A stretch of 64,000 nt of DNA from Octopus vulgaris (lineage: Eukaryota), in NCBI GenBank assembly GCA_951406725.2, contig OX597817.1, positions 27,280,001 to 27,344,000 of the forward strand. Direction: 5' to 3'. The notes below the pieces were generated by a model. The model made no database searches. It saw nothing but the letters and a program-made list of their open reading frames with translations, and had not been told where the DNA came from. Below are positions 39,672 through 52,700 of this stretch, in pieces (positions within the stretch are counted from its first letter, which is position 1; every line of letters starts with the position of its first letter). A program made the translations under genes and the position numbers.

Positions 39672-39787
39672 TTTTTGTATAATCAATAAAAAGTGCGGAC
39701 TTTTAGTTTTTCATTACTGTATATCTGCTTTTGCAACCCTCTGTATATATGTCTGTATACCTATATGTAAATATATATAAATAAATG

Positions 39788-39846
<59 letters not shown>

Positions 39847-39847
39847 G

Positions 39848-39898
<51 letters not shown>

Positions 39899-39903
39899 GT
39901 CTG

Positions 39904-39995
<92 letters not shown>
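39788..39995. repeat. Long (CTAT)n(AT)n microsatellite
   Basis: Directly visible. Confidence 0.95.
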
Positions 39996-39996
<1 letters not shown>

Positions 39997-40057
39997 GTAT
40001 CTACTTTACTCTCTCCCACACACACACTCAAATACACATACATATATAACTCTCTTT

Positions 40058-40278
40058 TCTCTTTTAATCTTTTACTTGTTTCAGTCATTTTGACTGCGGC
40101 AAAGCTGGAGTATCGCCTTTAGTCTAGCAAATCGCCCCCAGGACTTATTCTTTGGAAGCCTAGTACTTATTCTACCGGCCTCTTTGCCGAACCGCTAAGT
40201 TACGGGGACGTTATCACACCACTATCGGTTGTCAAGCGATGTTGGGCGGACAAACACAGTACAAAAATACACACACAC

Positions 40279-40365
<87 letters not shown>

Positions 40366-40530
40366 TACGACGGGCTTCTTTCCGTTTTCGTCAACCAAAT
40401 CCACGCACAAAGCTTTGGTCGGACCGACGCTATAGTAGAAGACACTTGCCCAAGGTGCCATGCGTTGGGACTGAACCTGGAACCATGTGGTTAGTAAGCA
40501 AGCTACTTACCACACAGCCACTCCTGCACC
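40058..40530 (-). mobile_element. SINE family B with expanded internal (TA)n
   Basis: Family match; followed by (TACA)n to ~40690. Confidence 0.88.
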
Positions 40531-40636
40531 TATACGTACATGCATACATACATACATACATACATACATACATACATACATACATACATGCATACATGCA
40601 TGCATACATACATACATACATACATACATACATACA

Positions 40637-40672
<36 letters not shown>

Positions 40673-40870
40673 TATGTATATATATATATGTAAACGTTTA
40701 TACGCAAGTATACAATATAACTGCTACATTTTATACTCTGAAAGATCCGGATACATCTGTGCAAGATGAAACATGCAAGTTGTAAGTAATCATTGAACTA
40801 AAACTACTACGCAATTATATTATATTATAATATATTATGTTATATTATATTATATTGTATTATATTACAT

Positions 40871-40930
<60 letters not shown>

Positions 40931-41051
40931 CTGACAGACAGATAGATAGAGAGAGAGAAATACAAACAGATAGATAGACAAATAGATTGATAGTTATAGG
41001 TATAAATATAGATAGATACACAAACACACATACACACACACAAGCACACAC
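40871..41051. repeat. (GATA)n and (CA)n microsatellite
   Basis: Directly visible. Confidence 0.9.
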
Positions 41052-42218
41052 ATGAATCTAGTTTGCTAGATCTTTCTGTCTTCAGATGGTACCATGATTG
41101 CTTAGCATTATTCAAGGTATGTAAAGAAATATTTGCTACATCAAATGCGTCGCCATGAAAAAAATAACCTTCGCAAAACAATAGTTAGAATCGGAAATAT
41201 CGAGCTTATACATACAAAGCAAATAGAATTATTCAATAATTGGATTGTGATTCACTAATACAGTATTTCTCCTTGATCAGACAAACATATCTGTGATTAA
41301 TAATGTTTAATGCTTTTGGTTGCTTGTTTACTTTCCGTTGTAGCTTAACGAAGTTTCCAGAAAATAAAGAAAATGTAAAAATATTTTTATCTTTAATAGA
41401 TTCTGATAGCATACCAGATTTATTTAATTTTGAGTAGTTGAATTAATGTTCGATCACAAAATCAATATTAATTTTTAGTTCTACAGGCATAAAGCTATGA
41501 ACATCTAAAGGGAAAGGAGTGGAAATCTATGAGTTCTTTCCTTCTTAAACCGCGTAAATGACGGTAGCAAAAGGGTAGTATCACTTACAGAACCAAACTG
41601 GTCTGTGTTATAAGTTTGTGGCTTCTTTCATTCTACAGTACTCGCAGCATAATGAGTATATCTAGGATTTCGTGTGAACAGCAGCCAATGGAAAGTCACG
41701 GTATAATACGGATTGCCATAGGAATTTATATACGAATAATACAGTTTAATAAATATTGAGCATTAATAAGCTGGATGAAATAATGACTACGGCATAATAG
41801 GGAAACAGTGAATCGTAGGCTATAATTAGTTGCTATTAAAAAGGAGGCAATCAAAACATAATCAATAAATTTACTTCCATGATGCTAATTTAATGATTTC
41901 TTCATACCTCAACGATTACTAATGTCGGGTTGGAAGAGAAAGGTCGAGATAGAAGAATTAGTACGTTAAAGTATGTTGGTACTGTTTGGTATAAACAAAA
42001 TTACATGGTTTAATATTGATTCTCTACAAAGATATATATACAAATAGATAGATGGATATATATATAAATATATATATATAGAGGGCATTATACATACATG
42101 CCAGAAGGCATTATATATACATGCCAAACGCTAAGAGGGACAATTAGTCATTTCTACCAAAAATATTACTAATCCCACCGAATGCAATTTTTGAAAGTAA
42201 GACATTTAAAAAAATATA

Positions 42219-42264
42219 GACCTGTATCACAGTGATTTCATACTTACGTACTCATCAGCAGGCC
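42219..42264 (-). ncRNA. Type I hammerhead ribozyme motif, copy 1
   Basis: GGCCUG-CUGAUGA-GUAC-GUAA-GUAU-GAAA-UCAC-U-GUGA-UA-CAGGUC: full core, stems I-III, AUA cleavage triplet. Confidence 0.82.
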
Positions 42265-42701
42265 TGAATGCATTATAAATAAACAACGACCCTGCCCCGC
42301 TTAAGTCGATCAGCTAACTGTTCAACATCAACGAAGCACATGGGTGAGTTTACATATATTACATCCGGTCAAATGGCAAACTTTTACGAATTGCATTTCG
42401 GGAGAGGAAAAGTTTTTTCGGAATAAAAATTTAGCAATTAAGGACAACTACTTAATAAGGAAAACTTAACAAGAAATTGTCAGGTAGATAGCGTAAAAAC
42501 CTCATAAGAGAAAAAATTTCGAAAATAATTATTTCTTATTGAACATATTAATTTATATATATAGAGGGCATTATACATACATGCCAGAAGGCATTATATA
42601 TACATGCCAAACGCTAAGAGGGACAATTAGTCATTTCTACCAAAAATATTACTAATCCCACCGAATGCAATTTTTGAAAGTAAGACATTTAAAAAAATAT
42701 A

Positions 42702-42747
42702 GACCTGTATCACAGTGATTTCATACTTACGTACTCATCAGCAGGCC
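42702..42747 (-). ncRNA. Type I hammerhead ribozyme motif, copy 2
   Basis: Identical to copy 1, 483 bp away. Confidence 0.82.
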
Positions 42748-43133
42748 TGAATGCATTATAAATAAACAACGACCCTGCCCCGCTTAAGTCGATCAGCTAA
42801 CTGTTCAACATCAACGAAGCACATGGGTGAGTTTACATATATTACATCCGGTCAAATGGCAAACTTTTAAATGTCTTACTTTGAAAAATTGCATTCGGTG
42901 GGATTAGTAATATTTTTGGTAGAAATGACTAATTGTCCCTCTTAGCGTTTGGCATGTATATATAATGCCTTCTGGCATGTATGTATAGTGCCCTCTATAT
43001 ATATAAATTAATATGTTCAATAAGAAATAATTATTTTCGAAATTTTTTCTCTTATGAGGTTTTTACGCTATCTACCTGACAATTTCTTGTTAAGTTTTCC
43101 TTATTAAGTAGTTGTCCTTAATTGCTAAATTTT

Positions 43134-43208
<75 letters not shown>

Positions 43209-43558
43209 TATGCCTACAGCCATTGAGGAAGACTGGTAAACTTGGCACAGTATTTTATTGACCAGAAGGATAAAAGTTGAAGTTGACCTCAGATTTGAAT
43301 TAAGAATTTTAAAATCCTTAACTAAATACTGTAAGATCTTTAGCCGGGCTAAATGATTTTGACAATCAACCATCTTCATCACCATTAAGAACTACCTTCT
43401 TTTCCTTCCGTTAATATGAATCTTTGAACAGTACTATAGTAGACAGAATGATATCGACCGTCATGGTCTTTATTTGACTCAAGAAGAATGGAGACTGTGA
43501 CGACTGATCTCATAAATGCGCTGTATCACGGTCTGTATTCTTATATAACATATAGTCA

Positions 43559-43952
43559 AGGCGGCGAGTTGGCAGAAACGTTAGCACGCCGGGCGAAATG
43601 CGTAGCCGTATTTCGTCTGCCGTTACGTTCTGAGTTCAAATTCCGCCGAGGTCGACTTTGCCTTTCATCCTTTCGGGGTCGATTAAATAGGTACCAGTTA
43701 CGCACTGTGGTCGATATAATCGACTTAATCCATTTGTCTGTCCTTGTTTGTCCCCTCTGTGTTTTCGCCACTTGTGGGTAGTAAAAAAAATAGGTATTTC
43801 GCCCGTCACTGCGTTCAAATTCCGCCGAGGTCGACTTTGCCTTTTATCCTTTCGGGGTCGATAAATTAAGTACCAGTGAAATTCTGGGCCGATGTAATCG
43901 ACTAGTCCCCTCCCTCAAACCTTCGGGCCTTGTGCCTATGATAAAAAGGGTT
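43559..43952 (+). mobile_element. SINE family A, dimeric form
   Basis: Two cores with different tails. Confidence 0.9.
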
Positions 43953-44213
43953 ATATATCATAGCATGTCTTGTTTCTCCCCGCTTGTGTCAAAGCTGTAA
44001 ACTTACAGAGGAACTGTTTAATGACGTTCTACATTTTTTTTTGTCATCAACTCTTAAAATGATGATGATAAATTATGTAAAATAATATATACGAGGGATT
44101 AAGAAAAGTGCAGGAAACCAAGTTAGTAACTTGTGAAGGGATGTTGAACTCAAATGTCCAACGAAGTCTTTGCTTACAAATGTAATATAATATATGTACA
44201 TATAAAAATTTCA

Positions 44214-44216
<3 letters not shown>

Positions 44217-44250
<34 letters not shown>

Positions 44251-44284
44251 TGTGTGTGTGTGGGTGTGTGTGTGTGTGTGTGTG
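44217..44284. repeat. (TG)n microsatellite
   Basis: Directly visible. Confidence 0.95.
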
Positions 44285-44711
44285 ACATCAAACAAAATTT
44301 GCCTTACTTCTATGAACAAAGGCATCGGACATATACTCTCTAGGAAATATAAATCTGGCGTTCTAGTATCCTTCAACAGCTGAAGACAGGTGTGTTATGA
44401 AAATAACTTTGTAGAACATCGGGTAACAAATATTGGATTACATAATTTCTGATAAATTATTTTAAAGCTGATTCTGGAAGTAGATACGGTCATAGTTATG
44501 AGTATGTTAAAAACGGAGATAAAAACACTTAGATGAAAGAAAAAAAGATCGAAGAAAGTTTTTAACGCAATATGCTATCATTAATTGCTGTAACTACTCC
44601 GAGACTCACCCTAACAATGATCGATTTAAATCACATTTTCGTGAAGAATCAAATAACAAAGGTTTTATTTTACTCTCAAAATGTAACACGCATTGCAGTC
44701 ATACATGGTAT

Positions 44712-45300
44712 TCTTTTCTACTCTAGACACAAGGTCTGAAATGTTTGGGGAAGAAGCAAGTCGATTAGATCGACCCCAGTACTCAACTGGTACAATAATT
44801 TATCGACCCCGAAAAGATGAAAGACAAAGTCGACCTCGGTGGAATTTGAACTCAGAACGCAAAGAAAGACGAAGTACTAACGTTTCTTATTTCTTTATTT
44901 CCCACAAGGGGCTAAACGTAGAGGGGAAAAACAAAGACAGACAAACGGATTAAGTCGATTACATCTACCCCTGTGCGTAACTGCTACTTAATTTATCGGC
45001 CCTGAAAAGATGAAAAGCAAAGTCGACCTCGGCAGAATTTGAACTCAGGACGTAACAGTAGACGAAATACCTATTTCTTTACTACCCACAAGGGGCTAAA
45101 CACAGAGAGGACAAACAAGGACAGACAAACGGATTAAGTCGATTATATCGACCCCAGTGCGTAACTGGTACCTATTTAATCGACCCCGAAAAGATGAAAG
45201 GCAAAGTCGACCTCGGCGGAATTTGAACTCAGAACCTAACGGCAGACGAAATACGGCTACGCATTTCGCCCGGCGTGCTAAGGTTTCTGCCAGTTCGCCG
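44712..45300 (-). mobile_element. SINE family A, trimeric array
   Basis: Three tandem cores. Confidence 0.9.
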
Positions 45301-45399
45301 TCTATGATATTGTTGCTACACATCCAAAACAAAACCATTTATAGTTTATTGAAAGTAATTCCCAACATGTTATAACCATGAGGCCACAGAGCCTCTTTG

Positions 45400-45431
<32 letters not shown>

Positions 45432-46798
45432 GACTCACTCTCTCTCACTATCATCACTCTTCTACCAAGACTACAAAAATATCTTCTGAAAAGTAGCAAG
45501 ATAAATAGAACCTTTGTAGAAAAACACCCGACACAATGCTCATGATTCTCTTTGTTTTCTATGTGTCTCATCCCTTTAATTCCCACCTATTGTTCAATGC
45601 CAGCTCCCTAGAAGCACTAACCCTCACTGTTGTCTACGGAATTCCAACTATAAATCTTCGAAATTAACTGTGGCTGGATTTAATTCATTCATCATACTGA
45701 GAAGAGTTACAAAGATCACAGGTGTCTTCTCTCCTCCACCACTAGATAACTGCTAAATTAATCATAAGTTATAACAAAGTAACAGCTTACTACTTGGATA
45801 AAAAATGTTATCAATTCAAAGAAGAAACAGAAGGAATTTCTATGGAAATAGTAGTAGCCACATCACTTCCGATGCTAAACTCTTCGATGTTAAATGTTTG
45901 AAACACATGTTCTAAAATCTATTGTTCTCTCTCTCACTGTGTCCTCAGTCGGTCACTCTAGGAGTTAATTAATCAATTAGTTTCCATCAAATTTTACGCT
46001 CTTGATTTGACTTGTAGTACATTCTATTCTACAAAACATTACTGATCAAGACAAGTTTACAATCATGAATCCTATTACGGTAAAATTTATCGATCTTGAC
46101 TGGGCAAAAGGAAACGTTTTATAGTATATATGACGTCTAGATTTCCTCCTTGTCTCGATTCAAGGTTTGATCTTGATTATCACTTTTATATTATATATTA
46201 TCATTAAATTGTTGTTGAAGTTTCCCTGTACCACATGTCTGCTTGACATGACTAACGCTATACAAAACAACTGTAATACTGATTGTCTGAATATATACAT
46301 TAATTTCCTGTATATACACACACAAGCTCTTATTATTTACTGTGGGAGGAAATGGGATTATGAATTGTTCATGCCTTTTGAAACGATATTGATTGCATAA
46401 CTTAAGGGAAATTACTACAGTTTGAAATTTGCTTTAAGATGCTGTTAAGGCACAATGCAACTCTTTTAGTCGAAGATTTTAAATAATGGCTGATGAATCT
46501 ATTGTTAACATCACTATCAGTGAAGCAACAGAAAATGAAAAGTCAAAGAAATGTTTAGATTTGACTAGCTGACAAAACTTGTAGTCGGAAATAATATCTT
46601 TCATGCCATCAACATTCATGCAACAAGTTAAAGTGGTGTAGATATATTGTCTAGTAAACAAATTGACATTGTTGCCGTTTTAAAAGTGATCTATAGTAGG
46701 AATGAGGCTTTCTTACAATGTCCAAAAGCTGCATTTTGTTAAGATTGCCTATGTAAATCCTTAAATGTTATTATTTTCTTGTAACTTTTATTATACTA

Positions 46799-47191
46799 CT
46801 TGCAGTATCGCCCGGCGTTGCTCGGGTTTTTTTTTCGACCCTTTAGAATTGGAATTTTTGAAAAGTAAAACTTTTGCATTATGTAGCTTGATATTCTCTT
46901 TAAGTGAACATTTTTCTGGTTGAAATTCACCGAAAAATGGCGACACAGCAGTAAAAAAATCGTAAAAATAGGGATTTTCATAGAAAAAAGTACCTTTTTG
47001 ATGTAAATAAGTTTTGGTGTTAACATGGTCCGATTTTGAATTTTTTCTTCTACGGAAGAAAGAACAAGCATTCTTCTATCATCTTCTCAATTTTGGTTAA
47101 CTTGCGCCGCAGGGTCTCTGTGGAGATAGTATTAGTTGAAGGCTACCAAACCCGCCAAACACAGACAACTTCAGCTTTATATAGAGAGAGA
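46799..47191 (-). mobile_element. Non-autonomous Helitron (subfamily 1)
   Basis: Homologous to 8396-8788; hairpin intact, terminus CAAG|T (mutated CTAG). Confidence 0.87.
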
Positions 47192-47799
47192 TTAACCAGA
47201 TTTCACTTTCGATATTTGAAACGTAAGAACTAAACTAAGCACCAATAACTAATATAGGCACAAATCCTCATATTTTTGCAGAAGGAACAGCTGATTATAT
47301 TGAACACAATAGTTAATTTGTACTTTATTTTATAAACCCTAAAACTTGAAATAGTCGATGAGGGCTTGTCTGAAGAGGTAGGCATCTTAAGATTGTACAT
47401 TCAGTCTTGGCCACCACTCATCCTCTTTGGCCGTAGCCGATTTCCTGCTGTATTCTATTAAAGGGGGTGGTCTTCACAGTAGACTCTGTAGATAGTTAGA
47501 TTTATCATAAGCACGACAGCCGTTGTACAACGTAATTTGACAAATCAGCAATACTGGGACACCGAACGAGTGCGTAGTGTACAGTTTCGATCGTCACACT
47601 TGAATTCCTGTCAAATTTGTCTCTTAGAATCACTGCCATGATAGCCTCTTACTCACAAATCCCCACAGCACACCTGCCAGTTTGTCTATGCCGACGCCCA
47701 AACTTTCCCTTTCCTCTTGAACGTCGTCGCTCCATCCCACTACGAATCCTCCAGTCTTTAGTAGTAGTTCTAGCAATAACAACAACAGCAGCAATAATA

Positions 47800-48190
47800 A
47801 TTCTTCCTAATTTTGGCACAAGGTTAGTAATTTTAGAAGGAGTTCTTGACTGGTACATTTTACCGATTCCAAACAGATGGAAGACGACGTTAACCTTCGA
47901 AGATTTGAAACCAGAACATAACGAATCACAAGAAATACCACAAAGCATATTTTCTGACACTGGCGATTCTGTTAGGGAGCCGCCATTTTAAAGGTTTCTA
48001 ATTTGGGCACAAGGCCTGCAAGTTTAACAGGAAACATTACTCGATACCATTGACTTCAGTACGTGATTGGTACTTTCCTGTATCGACCCCGAAAGGATGA
48101 AAGGCAAAGTTGACCTCGGTGGAATTTGAACTCAGTATGTAAAGTGCCGGAACAAATATTGTAAGGCAATTTTTTTGATGCGCTAACTTT
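47800..48190 (-). mobile_element. Two diverged SINE A-related copies
   Basis: GGCACAAGG tails and a GATGAAAGGCAAAGTTGACCTCGG core. Confidence 0.7.
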
Positions 48191-48419
48191 TTTTTACTTA
48201 TCCACACTTTTAGGGACCGAGAAATCGCAAATCGAACGGTAAGTTTGAACATATCCATTGTTCGATCGTTGGTTACTAAACCAGCAACCCCACAGAGCAT
48301 GATCGGTGAATTGAGGGGTCTATTTGGATACCCTGCAGGACCAAGGAAAATAAATAAATAAAAGGACCTGTCAGAGGGCGGATCAATTCAGGAGAATTAA
48401 CGCCTATCCAAATAGTATT

Positions 48420-48960
48420 AACCATCTTTTAAGCGAATGCAGTAAGCTAGCACAAAGATAGGATATGTGCAGATATGACAGTGTCGGTAAAAGATGTGTA
48501 TTGAAATATTAGCCAATTGTGTAATAACAGAAGAGTGGTATGAATACAAGTCAAAGGCTGTGATGGTGATTAAAAAATCAGGGTACTCTTGATTTCTCTA
48601 AAAATGAGTGACCATGGTATTGAAGGAAGGTGACCAAATATGACAGTAGAAGGCAAAAAAACAAAACAATATAGGATCACAGGCTTTGTAATACCAAATG
48701 ATAATAGAGTGGATACCAAACAAACTGAGAGAATTCATGACCTAACCAGAGAGGTGAAACAACTATGGAAGTCAAAGATTACAGTTGTTCCTGTGGTAAT
48801 TGGTGCTCTAACATCACACCCAAACTGCTATCTCAGTGGCTGAAAGAGGAACTGAGATTCGTAGTGTTGACCAGCAGAAAAGTAGCATTCTCTATTCTGC
48901 AAGAATCCTAACAGAGATTCGTGAGATTTGAGGAGACTTGTTGTCACCAAACCTCAAGAA
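48420..48960 (+). mobile_element. 3' remnant of an RLE-type non-LTR retrotransposon (R4/Dong-like)
   Basis: LSECSKLAQ, EWYEYK, IEGR*PNM, IPNDNRVDTKQTE, DLTREVKQLW, VVPVVIGAL, QKSSILYSARIL match the zinc knuckle/RLE C-terminus pattern. Confidence 0.8.
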
Positions 48961-50046
48961 AGCATCCCTACTAACAAATAGAGTGTACAATTTATTATTT
49001 CATCTATGAGTAGAGTTCACATCAAACAAAAAGAACTGAACAAAAATATAACATTTAATATATAGCAATGAAATTTCAAATAGATATGTTTCCCAATAGA
49101 GGGATAATCTCCTAAGGTAATTTGAGATAAACTCCGACAAAAGCCTCGATTTCTCTCTCTGTCATATCACAGGAGGCAAAATTCCTGTTTCCCTGTTTCT
49201 TTCCTTCAGCTTCGAAAAGAGTATTCAAAGTAGTTTTACTGAGACTCACCATTCTTACAACTCATGACCATCTTAAAAGACAGCCCCTTCATATCTATTT
49301 GCACCTTCCTTTACACGTGGTAGTTGAAGAAGTTGATGAGAGGTTGGCCACGAAAGAAAATGATTGTCATCAAACCTTTCTGACGAGTCCACCACTCATA
49401 TCTTGTTATAGTCATCAGGCAGAGAAATAGGAAACCTAAATTCTCCACTAAATGAAGGCGGCTCGTCAATTTTCACTTTACATCCAAATTTGTCCTACTC
49501 GCATCAGCAGCCGTCCGGCAGAAATTCCCAAGTCATTAATCCACAGATAATAAACAAATAAACAATAGTGTGTAGAAATATTTAGGTTCGCATCCTTCAC
49601 GCGTCTTGGATCAGCTATTAATATTTCTGCACCTGTAGATCATCTGATGGACAGATAGTTCCCTCCTCCTGTAGCACTACATTGTCAAGGACTTTTGGAA
49701 GTTGTCCATAGTCCTTGATTTTAAAGTTCTCTCGACTTCTCATACTGTTCTCGTCGTCACCTAGTCGTGATACTTTGGCCTTCGTAGTTCATACTCTCAA
49801 CTAACTCATTGAAAGCCTAAATATTTTAGATAACAAACGTCCAACTTCTGTCTTCGTATGAGCTATGAGTGTAGCTCAATTAACGAGAAAAGCTTCGGAA
49901 AGACGTGTGGTACAAAAGACGCCTGCATCTCATCCCCTTGTTTTCGTCTTCATCATCACCAACTCAGGAGTACAGATATTTCTGTATCAAATAGTACCTG
50001 CTCGTCATCAGAGGCAACATCCCCAAATCACCATAGAGTGGATATT

Positions 50047-50200
50047 CATTTCTAGGAACAAGGCCCGAAATTTTGGAGGAGTGGGGCCAGTTGATTAGAT
50101 CGACCCCAGTACGAAAGGATTAGATCGATCCCATCCGAAAACATGAAAGGCAAAGTCGACCTCGGCGGAATTTGAACACAGAACGTAAAGACAGACGAAA
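50047..50200 (-). mobile_element. SINE A fragment
   Basis: Family match. Confidence 0.8.
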
Positions 50201-51825
50201 TACACAACAGAGTGGATATTGTCAGCAATTTGATGATTGCTCATAGAAAGTAGAAAAGAATGCAGTCTAGTCCCATCAGATCTTTCTTGGGACAAGGAAC
50301 GGGCGTCAGGTCGCAGTGCACAACTTCTTCCCAGCTCATTTCTAAATGAGATTGGTCATCCTTCTCACGACACTTCCCGCTCCCTATACAACTGGCGGTC
50401 TGAACTGAACCAGACTCATAACATCATCATCATCATCGAGTTCTCTGTCTGACAACAGAAATCGCTGTAGACGAGTTTTCACGATTATATCTACTCCAAT
50501 ACTTGACTGATAATTTAATTGACACAAATAATAATTCCATTCATAAAAATATGATTTCTAACTGAAGGAAAAAGAGAAATGTCAATGTTTTATATTTCAA
50601 TTTAATTTCCTATATCCTCCAGCCATGATCTTCGCAAAACTTGCATTTCACCATTTCGCTTGTAAAACAAATTAATATTTCTCCCGAAGAACACTAAAAA
50701 TGTACGTTATAAGAAAATGAAACATCGTTACTTCTTTTGCATCTACATCATCTACTACTGTTGCTTCGGATGATGACGATGACGACGACGACAACGACAA
50801 CGCAGACCATGATCATACTACTACTGCAGAATGCAAATTAAGTGCTTTCTAAATAAACTCAAAATCAGTGCAAGAGTAATTTTGTTTTATTCAATATTTT
50901 CTCATACGTAATCCTAAGAAAAAAGAATGCTACGGGACTAATACTTTTTGTCGGAATATGTAAAAGCAAATGAATAAACTCATCTAAGTAACGGTACTTA
51001 AGTTAGTTGCCATCTCTGAGGATTGCTGATCATGTGTAACAGATGATAATTGAGTTTCCTACCCATTACTGAATAATTACATTACGATTTCGGGGATTTA
51101 AAACCATTCAGCTGGCACAAAATAAGTAATTGCATTTAAATGCTAAACTACCCGTATGTTAGTATACATGAATGAAAGACGAAGGCTGTTTGGTGTCTCT
51201 AACTAGGTTAGAGAGCACAAATTAATTTCATGGATACGTTGACTATTGATATGATAAGAGGCCTAATGCTGTTGAAACCATTGTTAATACAATATTCACA
51301 AAAACCAGTGTAGTATTGGGGATATGTGTATCAGTAGGTATGCATACATACGCATATACATATCAAGGAATGGAGCAAAAACGAATCTATAAATGATTCG
51401 AAAGGTAGAAGTCACCGGGTATGCTGGTATTCGACTTCCACCTACTTGGTCCGGTAAAAAGGTATCTTCTAGTACAACGTTTTGATAACAGACATTTTGG
51501 AAGTAGCAGAAAAGAAGTGGGCACAGCAATGCACACCTGAAATTTTTCGAAGACAATTCAAGAGTTGGGTTCAGCAGTGATGCAAATATATTGCATATAA
51601 TGGAAATTTTGTTGGGTAATATCGCTGTATAGGGGAAGAGTTAATCCATTAGCAAGAGCAATTTCAACGATGTATGTCAAGATGATAAAAATAAGGCTAT
51701 GCCACTTTTTTCATTACTTTTGGTATGGCCTTGAAGAAGAATATGCATTTGTGTACCGTATACATACGTACATATATATATACATATTACTAATAAATAT
51801 ATACATATATATATATATATATATT

Positions 51826-52049
51826 TAAGTAGGTGAATGAATTATCCTAGTGTTGGTAATTCGGTTAACCGATACCTGGGTAGCAAATTCACGTCAGAAA
51901 ACACGGTTGAAGCTACATGCCAAGGGTAGAAACTCCGTGTTCCTGTGTGGTAATTTGTGTAATATTTAAAATGAATAAAAGAATGGAGTCGAACGAGGAA
52001 TTGTGTTAAAATCCTCGTTCGACTCCATTCTTTTATTCATTTTAAATAT
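51826..52049. mobile_element. (TA)n-embedded element ending in a perfect 38-bp inverted repeat
   Basis: Arms 51962-51999 and 52012-52049. Confidence 0.6.
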
Positions 52050-52249
52050 ATATATATACATATGTGTGTGTGAGAAAGGTTGAGTTCAATTTCATCCTTT
52101 TACTTTGGGTTGGGGGTCCAAAGTTAGATTCCAAAATATCGCTCTGTTGTACTAATTGAGATCTCCCTTCGGATAGTTGGTCTTGCACCGAAGCTCTCTA
52201 CACTTCACCAGAATTTAAAGAGAGTAAATATAAACTCACTGGGCTATTC

Positions 52250-52700
52250 ATCGCCACATTCTTTTTCATCTTTTGACTCCGAACAAACGAACTAATACAT
52301 CGGCCACCACAAAGTCCTTTTCATTACCCTCAATCTCCTCCAGAGCTAAGCAATATTCTCACCCAACACATAAAACTCTCTCTCTCTCCTCCTCCTCTTT
52401 ATCCAATCTCACATTTCTAAAACTACATCTCAAATATTGGACTTCCTCTGTGCTAGAAAATATTAATTCTCCACAGAACTAAATTAGAGCTCATGACGGT
52501 GTACTATTCCTTCATCTGGGACGGTATTGCTACTACACAGACAGATCTTGACTGATTAACTGCTTGAGTGACTGGTATAATGTCTCCCGCTTATCAAATT
52601 GAAACTTTTGCATTATCTCTACCCTTTCCAATGCCATCGCAATTTCCCCTATCTGAACTGGTTTCTGGGGTGCCACCTACATTCTGGTATCCTAAATAAT
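52250..52700 (+). mobile_element. Possible very old LINE RT C-terminal remnant (CR1/L2/Jockey-like)
   Basis: YYSFIWDG (~52503) resembles the LEYCSxIW motif; otherwise degenerate. Confidence 0.3.

Larger units (their letters stand above)
37900..39743 (+). mobile_element. Decayed Tc1/mariner-superfamily transposon (maT/DD37D-like) with three nested insertions
   Basis: RRLQFCE..IVWFNEANFKLSGAYSRHKC, TVWVAI, GVVGPI, FLQDRAPPHF, RWIGSRGAIAWPLHSPDLTPMDFLFWG; right end ..GCAACCCTCTG|TA; left TIR not recognised. Confidence 0.85.
42081..43136 (-). mobile_element. Non-coding tandem-plus-inverted element with hammerhead ribozyme motifs (mini-Penelope/retrozyme-like)
   Basis: 483-bp period (42081 and 42564); second copy runs to 42869; 42865-43136 is an inverted copy of ~42424-42694; (TA)n flanks; no ORF. 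Confidence 0.8.

Noticed and set aside
44090-44125. TACGAGGG mariner-like TIR start
   Set aside because: No partner TIR or transposase sequence found
47345-47760. GC-richer tract possibly from an old retroelement (similarly 45580-45890, 49100-50450, 59950-60220)
   Set aside because: No motif strong enough to assign a family by eye
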